Positions 56,446-64,000 of a stretch of DNA of 64,000 bases are shown one piece after another. The stretch covers positions 2,208,001 to 2,272,000 of the forward strand of contig OY969814.1 in NCBI GenBank assembly GCA_963703345.1, written 5' to 3'. The translations under genes were made by a program, and so were the position numbers. Under the pieces are notes generated by a model that saw only the letters and a program-made list of their open reading frames with translations, ran no database searches and had not been told where the DNA came from. Numbering within the stretch: position 1 is the stretch's first letter; each line of letters begins with the position of its first letter. This stretch comes from an uncultured Chloroflexia bacterium (lineage in GTDB: Bacteria > Chloroflexota > Dehalococcoidia > DSTF01 > JALHUB01).

Positions 56446-58418
56446 TCATGTCGCGCGGAGGCAGGAGGCCAAACTCGGGCGCGAAGAAGGGATGCAGTCG
56501 CGCCAGCATCAATCCGGCGAAGATCCAGGAGCGACGGGACCACGTCTACGAGCTGTCCCTGCTCTACCCGCGGCCGAAGGAGATCTTAAGGGCGCTCGAG
56601 CAGGAGAGGCCCGACCTTCTAGAGGGACTTAAGCGCCCCGTCGAAACCATCGCGCGAGACCTCAAGGTGAGACGCCGGGAGTACGCGGACATGCTTGGGG
56701 AGCGCAAAGCCGAGGAGGTCCGGGCCGAGCATGTCACGATGAAGATGAAGCTGTTGCGGATGGCCCTGGGCATCGGCGAGCAACTGCCTGTAGCTGCGCG
56801 CCTAGGCGTGATAAGGGAGGCCAGCCGACTCGTTGACGACATCGCAGTTGGGCATGGCCTGCCACTTGGGCGGCCATTTGGTTCGGGCCAGGCCGAAGTA
56901 GTAACGCTAGCCGATGCGCCAGCGGCGGGTGGCCTCACTGACCCCCTCACCTTTGCCATCGCCCCCCGCTTCTGCGGTCTCTCTGACATTCCAACCCTGT
57001 TCCCGATGCAGTACAAGGTGCTAAAGGAGTTCATGTCGACTAGGGCGCGGTATCGCGTGCTCGTGCTCGTGTGCGGGATGCGCTCCGGCAAGGGCGTCCT
57101 GGGCTCGATCATCGCCTGGTACGCCGCCCACGAGCTCCTCGCCATGGAAGACCCCCAGGCTTTTCTGGGACTGGCACCGAACCAGGAGATTCAGATACTC
57201 AACGTGGCTGCGAGCCGGGCGCAAGCGAAGAACAACGTCTTCAAACACATCGCTGATCGCCTGAACAGCGGCGGCGAGTGGTTCGCGGAGATTCGCAAAC
57301 AGGCGAAGATCACGGGCCTCGAGATCCGTCTTCCCAAGAACATCGTTATCCGCTGCGGCCACAGCAAGGCCAGCACTCTTGTCGGGGCCACGTCATACGT
57401 GGTGATCCTCGACGAACTAGCGCGCTTCAAAGACACGGATGGACGAGACAACGCGGACGAGGTCTATGAGAAACTGAGCGCGACAACGGCCACTTTCCCG
57501 GAGCGGGCTAGAATCCTCGTGCTGACAAGCCCCCAGTGGGAAGCGGACAAGAGCATGAGGCTACTTGAGGAGGCGCTCACGATCGACGAGGAAGACCGAC
57601 CTTTGTACCCGCACATGTACGCTCTTCAGATGGCAACCTGGGAAGCGAACCGGAATCTTGAGCAACAGGATCTCTGGGAGCGCTTCGCCGGCGCCGCCAA
57701 CCCGACGGCGTTCTGGCGAGATTTCGGCGCGCGGCCACCGCGTGCGGTCCAAGCTTACTATCCCGACCCTGACCGCTGGGTTCGTCAGGCCGATCCCGAA
57801 CGTCAGCATCCCTTCGATGAACACGGTCGCATGGCCGATTGGTTCAGACCGTGCTGCGATAGCAGGCGCTTTGTCCACGTTGACCTGGGTCTTAGCCGTG
57901 ACGCCTGCGGCTTTGCCATGGCTCACAAGCCCGTCCCCGGCTGCCCGTGCTACCAGGGGAAGGGCGCGGCGTCCAACCCCAAGGCCAAGAAGGTTGTCCT
58001 GGACCTTTGCGGCGCCTTCCGCCCGGGGCCATCGGGCGAGATCAGCTTTGAGTCCGTCCGCCAACTCATCCGCGACCTCCAGGACCGCGGCTTCAACATC
58101 AAGGGCGGCGGCGTCACCTTCGACGGCTGGCAGTCGGTCGACTCACAGCAAACGCTGAAGAGGGAGGGCTACCGCACTGCCACCCTCTCAGTCGATCGAG
58201 ACCTCGTGGCCCATGACACCTTGCAGGAGCTAATCAATACCGACCAGCTCTCGTTCTATGAACTTCCGGTCCTCATCAAGGAAGCGGGGCAACTCCAACT
58301 CCGCAAGGGAAGCAAAGTGGACCACCCGGCCGGGGGCTCCAAGGATGTCGTCGATGCGGTGGCCGGGGCGGTGTTCCAAGCCTACAGGAAGGGCGGACGC
58401 ATGGCCTTCGTCGGTTGA
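56442..58418 (+). CDS. Terminase large subunit-like protein with extended N-terminus
   Basis: GMRSGKG Walker A, VILDELA Walker B, HVDLG, TFDGWQS, DH...GSKD..DA nuclease end; N-terminal RGGRRPNSGAK plus helical region. Confidence 0.82.
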   Translation: MIMSRGGRRPNSGAKKGCSRASINPAKIQERRDHVYELSLLYPRPKEILRALEQERPDLLEGLKRPVETIARDLKVRRREYADMLGERKAEEVRAEHVTMKMKLLRMALGIGEQLPVAARLGVIREASRLVDDIAVGHGLPLGRPFGSGQAEVVTLADAPAAGGLTDPLTFAIAPRFCGLSDIPTLFPMQYKVLKEFMSTRARYRVLVLVCGMRSGKGVLGSIIAWYAAHELLAMEDPQAFLGLAPNQEIQILNVAASRAQAKNNVFKHIADRLNSGGEWFAEIRKQAKITGLEIRLPKNIVIRCGHSKASTLVGATSYVVILDELARFKDTDGRDNADEVYEKLSATTATFPERARILVLTSPQWEADKSMRLLEEALTIDEEDRPLYPHMYALQMATWEANRNLEQQDLWERFAGAANPTAFWRDFGARPPRAVQAYYPDPDRWVRQADPERQHPFDEHGRMADWFRPCCDSRRFVHVDLGLSRDACGFAMAHKPVPGCPCYQGKGAASNPKAKKVVLDLCGAFRPGPSGEISFESVRQLIRDLQDRGFNIKGGGVTFDGWQSVDSQQTLKREGYRTATLSVDRDLVAHDTLQELINTDQLSFYELPVLIKEAGQLQLRKGSKVDHPAGGSKDVVDAVAGAVFQAYRKGGRMAFVG

Positions 58419-58529
58419 CCCCAATGCGCTGGTGCTGCCTGATGCCGCCCACGCCGCCGTGGTCTTGGCAACGCTCACTAATACGAGTATTCTTTAGCCC
58501 AACCAGTTCCACAGCACGAGAGGATCTCT

Positions 58530-61500
58530 GTGTCTACTCTCCGCCTTGTTCCTTTCGGACACCCGGCAACCAGCGCTCTCCAAGAGGCCATCGCGGCCGC
58601 GAAGGGCAGCGATCCGCTGCAACCCGTAACTGTCGCTGTTCCCTCCAACTACGCCGGGCTTTCCTTGAGGAGACGTCTGGGTGCATTGGACGGCGGTCTC
58701 GTCAACGTCGGTTTCATCGTCTTTTCGCGCGTGGTGGAGTTGCTGGGCTCACCGGCTCTTGCATCAACAGGGAAGCGGCCACTGACGCCTCCAGTGCGCG
58801 CCGAGGCAGTCCGTGCGTCGCTTGCCGCCGAGCCGGGCATCTTTGCCGCGGTCGAAGGGCACACCTCAACCGAGCGCAGTCTCGAGACCACCTTCCGTGA
58901 GCTAAGGCGCGCCCCCGAAGAGTCGTTGGACCTTATCGCAGCGCAGAACGCCCGCGCGGCACATGTTGTGCGCCTCTACCGAGATTTTCGGCGCAGTACA
59001 GAAGCCTACTTTGATGACGAGGATTTGGGATTCGCGGCGGCAGGGGCTGTTGACGCAGCGCCGCTCGCCCTTAGAGACATTGGGCACGTTATCCTCTTTC
59101 TCCCCCGCCGTCTGTCCCCTGGTGAGAGCGCCCTGGTCGACGCCCTCGCCGGGGAGGGCCTTCTCTCCGCACTTATTGGTCTTAGCGGCGAGGGCGACAT
59201 TGATGCCCCGGCCCACCAGATGTCGGCCCGCCTGGCTACGCAGCTTGGACCGTTGCAGGAAGAGGAACCCGCCGAACGCGAAGGAGATTCGCGGATCGTC
59301 CTGGTGACGGACGCGGAAGAGGAAGTACGCACGGCACTGCGCCTGATCTCCGAGCGGCTCGCGGCCGGCACGCCGCTTTACCGCACCGCCGTCCTCTACC
59401 GGGCGGCGCAGCCGTATGCGCTCCTCGCCCAGGAGCAGTTCCGGGCCGCCGGCGTCCCCTTCAACGGCCCTGGCGTGCGCACGCTGGCGCAGACCGTAAC
59501 CGGCCGAACGTTACTGGGCCTCTTCCGAGTTCGTGAGTCCGGCTTCCGCCGCGAAGTTTTGGCTGATTGGCTATGCGGTGCGCCTGTGCTGGAGGAGCGA
59601 GACGGCAGCCCCGCTCCTGCCCAGCGCTGGGACCTGATCTCACGGTCTGCCGGCGTCGTTCGTGGCGTCGAACAGTGGCGCGACCGTCTCGCTCGTTACG
59701 TACGTTCACTTCGCAGCGAACGAGAGAACCTGGAAGAGCGGGAAAACGCCAGCGAAGGGAAACTCCGCTACATCGAGTCCGAGATCGGCTACACCGAGCG
59801 CCTCGCCCACTTCATCGATGGACTGGCCGCGGACCTCGCCTATTCCGGCCCGCCTACCTGGCCAGGCTTCGCTGCCTGGGCACGCGGACTGGTCGAACGC
59901 TACCTGGGTGGCGAGGGTCACCGCCGCGACTGGCCCGAAGAGGAGATTGAGGCGCACCGCTCTGTGATGGCGGGACTGGAGGCGCTGGGCGAACTCGCTG
60001 CTCTGCGGCCACAGATCGACGAGCCGACATTTCGCCGGGCCCTGGAGAGGGACCTGGAGGCGTCGGCAGGGCGCGTAGGTCGCTTTGGCGAAGGCGTGTT
60101 CATTGGCCGCCTAGCTGATGCTAGGGGCTGCGAGTTCGACACAGCGTTCGTCCTTGGCATGAGCGAAGGGCTGCTACCGCCGCGCGGGAAGGACGACCCC
60201 CTCATACCGGACCGTGAGCGGTTGGAGTCGGGTGAGGACGTACCTCTGCGCACTGCGCGTCTCGACGAAGAGCGGCGCGACTATCTCGCTGCCCTCGCCT
60301 CCGCGAGGGAGCGGATCCTCATCTTCCCGCGAGCCGACATGCGGGGCCAGCGCGGAAAGATGCCTGCCCCTTGGCTCTTACAGGAGGCCTCGCGACTGGA
60401 AGGCAAACCACTGTACAGCTCGGACCTCCTCAATCCGCCGGCACGCCCCTGGCTTGCGGTGGTTCCATCTTTCCAGTCGGCTATTGGCGGAGGCCCTGAG
60501 CCGGGCTCGCCTCAAGAATATGACCTTCGCAGCATCTTCCACTGGCGCCAGGCAGGGCACCGCCTTCTTGACCACTATCTGATCAAGGCTGATCTCACCC
60601 TTCGCGGCGGTCTGGAGGCCGACATTGAGCGGCAATCCGAGCGGTTTACGCGTTGGGACGGCTCCGTCGGACCTGGGCTGGCGGCCGTTCCATCCGCGGA
60701 ACGGCCGATCTCCGCTAGCGCCCTCCAGAACTGGTCGTCCTGCCCCTTCGGTTACTTCCTGGGTAACGTTCTCCGAGTAGCTGAGACGGAGCGGCCGGAG
60801 GACACGCTGACGATCAGTGCCGCCGACCGGGGGACGGTGATCCACAGGGCCCTGGAGCGCTTTCTGCGTGATGCGCCGTCTCCTGAGTCACCCACCGAAT
60901 CGTGGAGCGACGAGGCCCGGGCTCTCCTGCACAGGATCGGCGAGGAGTGCTGTGATGAGGCGGAGGCCGAGGGCCTCACCGGCAGCCCCCTGCTATGGAG
61001 GCTGGAACGGGCACGCATACTGCGTGACCTCGACGGCTTCCTGGCCGCAGATGAAGAGATGAGAGCCGAGTTGGGTGTGCTGCCCCTCGCTGTTGAGGTC
61101 TCCTTTGGACTTGCGGAGCCGGGTTCGAAAGAGGCGGCCCGAGTCGAGTTGAAGGACGGCAGGAGGATCGCCCTCCGGGGCAAGATCGACCGCGTGGATC
61201 GGGCATCGGACGGCTCTCGGTTGGTTGTTATCGATTACAAGAGCGGCTCGTCAACCGCCTACCGAGAGCTCCGCAAGGACCCGGTCAAACGGGGTCAGCT
61301 GCTGCAATTGCCGCTCTATGCAGTCGCCGCCGGCAGCGCCTACGGCGACTTGCCGGTCACGGCTTACTACTGGTTTGCGACCGAGCAGTACTCGTATGAA
61401 CGCATGGGATACCCGGTCGATGACGATGTCATGACCCGTTTCAGAGAGGTCCTTGGCGTAATCCTGAATGGCATTAGCGCCGGTCTCTTTCCGTCTCATC

Positions 61501-61649
61501 CGGGGCAGTGGCGCTTCGAAAACTTCGAAAGCTGTCGTTTCTGCCCTTATGACATGATGTGCGCAAGGCAACGTGACCGGGTGTGGGAACGAAAGCGCGG
61601 TGCGCCTGAGCTCAGCGCCTATGCTCAGATGGCGGAGGGCAACGACTGA
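58530..61649 (+). CDS. AddB-like inactive helicase / PD-(D/E)XK nuclease
   Basis: SASAL..W..CPF.YF, RGTVIH, LRGKIDRVD, IDYKSG, QLPLY, CRFCPY...C. Confidence 0.87.
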   Translation: MSTLRLVPFGHPATSALQEAIAAAKGSDPLQPVTVAVPSNYAGLSLRRRLGALDGGLVNVGFIVFSRVVELLGSPALASTGKRPLTPPVRAEAVRASLAAEPGIFAAVEGHTSTERSLETTFRELRRAPEESLDLIAAQNARAAHVVRLYRDFRRSTEAYFDDEDLGFAAAGAVDAAPLALRDIGHVILFLPRRLSPGESALVDALAGEGLLSALIGLSGEGDIDAPAHQMSARLATQLGPLQEEEPAEREGDSRIVLVTDAEEEVRTALRLISERLAAGTPLYRTAVLYRAAQPYALLAQEQFRAAGVPFNGPGVRTLAQTVTGRTLLGLFRVRESGFRREVLADWLCGAPVLEERDGSPAPAQRWDLISRSAGVVRGVEQWRDRLARYVRSLRSERENLEERENASEGKLRYIESEIGYTERLAHFIDGLAADLAYSGPPTWPGFAAWARGLVERYLGGEGHRRDWPEEEIEAHRSVMAGLEALGELAALRPQIDEPTFRRALERDLEASAGRVGRFGEGVFIGRLADARGCEFDTAFVLGMSEGLLPPRGKDDPLIPDRERLESGEDVPLRTARLDEERRDYLAALASARERILIFPRADMRGQRGKMPAPWLLQEASRLEGKPLYSSDLLNPPARPWLAVVPSFQSAIGGGPEPGSPQEYDLRSIFHWRQAGHRLLDHYLIKADLTLRGGLEADIERQSERFTRWDGSVGPGLAAVPSAERPISASALQNWSSCPFGYFLGNVLRVAETERPEDTLTISAADRGTVIHRALERFLRDAPSPESPTESWSDEARALLHRIGEECCDEAEAEGLTGSPLLWRLERARILRDLDGFLAADEEMRAELGVLPLAVEVSFGLAEPGSKEAARVELKDGRRIALRGKIDRVDRASDGSRLVVIDYKSGSSTAYRELRKDPVKRGQLLQLPLYAVAAGSAYGDLPVTAYYWFATEQYSYERMGYPVDDDVMTRFREVLGVILNGISAGLFPSHPGQWRFENFESCRFCPYDMMCARQRDRVWERKRGAPELSAYAQMAEGND

Positions 61650-64000
61650 TGGCCGAAGCTCTCCCCTTGCAGCCCTCTGATCAGGTGCAACGAGACCGCA
61701 TTCTGACTGATCTTGATAGCACTCTGTTCGTCGAGGCCGGCGCCGGAACGGGCAAGACTTCATCGCTGGTCGGCCGCATCGTTAGGCTCGTGGCAACGGG
61801 CCGGACGGACATGAGGCGCGTTGCGGCCATTACTTTCACGGAAAAGGCCGCCGCCGAGTTGCGCGACCGGGTGCGCGAAGAGATGGAGAAGGCGGCGCGC
61901 GACGAGGGCCTGCCCGATGACGAAGCGGCCCGAATCAGGGAGGCGATAACCGAGATTGATGCCGCAGCCATCGAGACGCTACACGGTTTCGCCCAGAGGA
62001 TATTGACCACTTACCCGCTTGAGGCTGGGCTTCCTCCGGCAGTGAGCGTCCAAGACGAGGTCGTCTCGTCAATCGCCTTCCAAGAGCGCTGGCGTGACTA
62101 CCTGGACAACCTGCTGGAGAACCCCGCTCTAGAGGAGGTCCTAGTTCGTGCCTACGTCTTAGGGCTCGATCTTGGTGAGTTGCGCACGCTGGCGCTTGCC
62201 CTGCACAGGAACTGGGACCGAGTTGAGGACGTCGACCTGGCGGCGCCGGCGCTGCCTCCGGTTGATACAGAGGCCGTTCTCGCTGCATTGGACGAGGCCT
62301 GCGGGATCCAGGCTTGCTGCGTCGACTCGAGCGACTTCCTCTACCAGCACCTGGACTGGATGAAGACCTACCGAGCGCGTCTGCAAGGAGCAGAAGATCC
62401 GTTGGACGCGCTGCGAATACTGGCTGAGCCGCGCAAGCTAAGCCACACAAAAGGACGGAAATCTAGCTGGCAGGGGATCACGCCTGACGAGATCAAGGCG
62501 ATGCTGACTGAGGCTCAGGATTCACGCCAGGCGCTTCTCGACGAGCAACGTGCGGCCGTCCTGGAGGCGCTTCTTGTCGAGCTGCGAGGGTTCGTTCTTT
62601 CCCACGCCGAGGAGCGCCAGCACGAGGGGCAACTGGAGTTTCACGACCTTCTAGTTTTGGCCCGCGACCTTCTGCGGCACCACCCATCGGTGCGCCGGGC
62701 GTTGCGGGCGCAGTTCTCTCACCTGCTCATCGACGAGTTTCAAGACACGGACCCCATCCAGATTGAACTGGCCGTCCTCCTCGCCTGCGGCGAGAGCGAG
62801 AGTGCTCCGTCCGATTGGCGCGAGGCGGAGGTTGAGGAGGGCCGCCTGTTCTTCGTCGGCGACCCGAAACAGTCGATTTACCGTTTCCGACGCGCGGACA
62901 TCACCCTTTACAGACGGGTGCAGGAGAAGTTCTCGGACCGCACTATCTACCTCACCCAGAACTTCCGGTCGTGCCCATCAGTCATCGACTGGGTGAACGG
63001 CATCTTCGGCACATTGATTGGAGAGGGTGACCCCGAGGGGCAGGCCCCCTACATAGCCCTTGATTGCAGCTGGGAGGCCGATAGCGAGTCTCCCACCGTG
63101 CGCCTCCTCGGCGAGCCAAGCGACGAGAACGTCCCCGTGATACGCCGGCGAGAGGCGCAGGAAATCGCCGCCGTAATCCGGCAGGCAAGCGCCGAAGGCT
63201 GGCCAGTGACCGGGCGGGACGAGCAGGGAGCGCGAGAAGTCCGTCCTACCTGCTACGCTGACATCGCCATCCTGTTGCCCACTCGCGCCAGCCTACAGTT
63301 GCTCGAACGGGCTCTGGACGAATCGGGAATCCCTTACCGTGTTGAGAGCCAAGACCTTCTCTACGATACGCAGGAGGTGCGCGACCTCTTGGCGATACTT
63401 CGGTCGATCGATGACCCGACAGATGAGGTCGCGCTCGTGACCGCGCTCCGGACCCCCGCCTTCGCCTGCGCAGACGACGACCTTCTCCGTTACTCCCAAG
63501 CAGGCGGCCGCTGGGATTATCGGCAACAGCCGCCGAATATCCTCGGGAGCGACCACCCTGTCATCTCGGCGATGACCGCCTTGAATGGGCTCCACAACCA
63601 GCGCTGGTGGCAGCCGCTAAACGAGGTCGTCGAGGCAGTGATCCGAGAGCGGAAACTATTTCAACTGGCTTTCGCGCACGGACGGCCCCGAGAGCGCTGG
63701 CAGCGGCTGCGATTCGTCCTCGATCAGTCGCGCGCCTTTGCCGAGGCGGGTGGTGCAACACTGCGACAGTTTGTCGAGTGGGCTGAATTGCAGGCTGAGG
63801 AGGGGATGCGCGTCGTCGAGACCGTCGTACCAGAGGCCGACGACGATGCCGTACGCATCCTAACCGTCCACGCCTCCAAGGGGCTCGAATTCCCAATCGT
63901 TATCCTGGCGGGCCTCAATTCGACTCCTCGAGGTGGCAGGCCCGGGCCAAAGGTGCTGTGGGGATCAGAGGGGCAACCGGAAGTTCAGCTGGGTTCTGCC
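61649..64000 (+). CDS. AddA/UvrD-like helicase-nuclease, runs off the window end
   Basis: Not in the ORF track; ATG overlaps upstream TGA; VEAGAGTGKT, AITFTEKAA, LIDEFQDT, VGDPKQSIYRFR, NFRS, LTVHASKGLEF. Confidence 0.92.
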   Translation, partial: MAEALPLQPSDQVQRDRILTDLDSTLFVEAGAGTGKTSSLVGRIVRLVATGRTDMRRVAAITFTEKAAAELRDRVREEMEKAARDEGLPDDEAARIREAITEIDAAAIETLHGFAQRILTTYPLEAGLPPAVSVQDEVVSSIAFQERWRDYLDNLLENPALEEVLVRAYVLGLDLGELRTLALALHRNWDRVEDVDLAAPALPPVDTEAVLAALDEACGIQACCVDSSDFLYQHLDWMKTYRARLQGAEDPLDALRILAEPRKLSHTKGRKSSWQGITPDEIKAMLTEAQDSRQALLDEQRAAVLEALLVELRGFVLSHAEERQHEGQLEFHDLLVLARDLLRHHPSVRRALRAQFSHLLIDEFQDTDPIQIELAVLLACGESESAPSDWREAEVEEGRLFFVGDPKQSIYRFRRADITLYRRVQEKFSDRTIYLTQNFRSCPSVIDWVNGIFGTLIGEGDPEGQAPYIALDCSWEADSESPTVRLLGEPSDENVPVIRRREAQEIAAVIRQASAEGWPVTGRDEQGAREVRPTCYADIAILLPTRASLQLLERALDESGIPYRVESQDLLYDTQEVRDLLAILRSIDDPTDEVALVTALRTPAFACADDDLLRYSQAGGRWDYRQQPPNILGSDHPVISAMTALNGLHNQRWWQPLNEVVEAVIRERKLFQLAFAHGRPRERWQRLRFVLDQSRAFAEAGGATLRQFVEWAELQAEEGMRVVETVVPEADDDAVRILTVHASKGLEFPIVILAGLNSTPRGGRPGPKVLWGSEGQPEVQLGSA

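Larger units (their letters stand above)
33658..58418. mobile_element. Defence-type genomic island downstream of tRNA-Gly (right boundary uncertain)
   Basis: Abuts tRNA; visibly more A/T-ending codons than core genes; DruA, NurA-HerA, AbiGi, integrase, ParB-MTase, terminase; no attR found in window. Confidence 0.7.

Noticed and set aside
53317-58418. Intact prophage call
   Set aside because: No portal, capsid, tail, lysis or replication genes.

Overview
High-GC bacterial window. The gene content (11-subunit Nuo, Fhs, MetF-MetV, EF-G2) suggests an anaerobe such as a Dehalococcoidia/Chloroflexota member; this is inference only. 1-29 kb is core genome: nuoABCDHIJKLMN (no nuoEFG), a glnR-amtB-amtB-glnA nitrogen cluster with GlnR-type boxes, a PadR/ABC exporter, a membrane-anchored STAND-TPR protein, EF-G2, an ArsB/NhaD permease, metF-metV, fhs and a serine hydrolase. 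From 29 kb a tRNA-Gly(CCC) is an integration hotspot. Upstream of it is a 4.5-kb islet bounded by a duplicated 5' half of the tRNA, carrying a SipW/TasA-like fibre cluster, a typA fragment and an integrase remnant. Downstream is a ~25-kb visibly less GC-rich defence-type island: DruA-NurA-HerA; a nucleotide-modification cluster (PurZ-like synthetase, dedicated PurB, double MazG, P-loop kinase, dCTP-deaminase-2TM, YprB-DUF429 nuclease); a Nudix/4TM operon; an interrupted AbiGi; and RAMA, integrase, ParB-methylase and an orphan terminase. An AddB/AddA-like pair ends the window. The best candidate for an undescribed system is the PurZ-like/PurB/MazG/kinase/Dcd-2TM cluster: a Z-base (2-aminoadenine)-type nucleotide pathway inside a cellular defence island. 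All family calls come from motifs read by eye; no searches were run.
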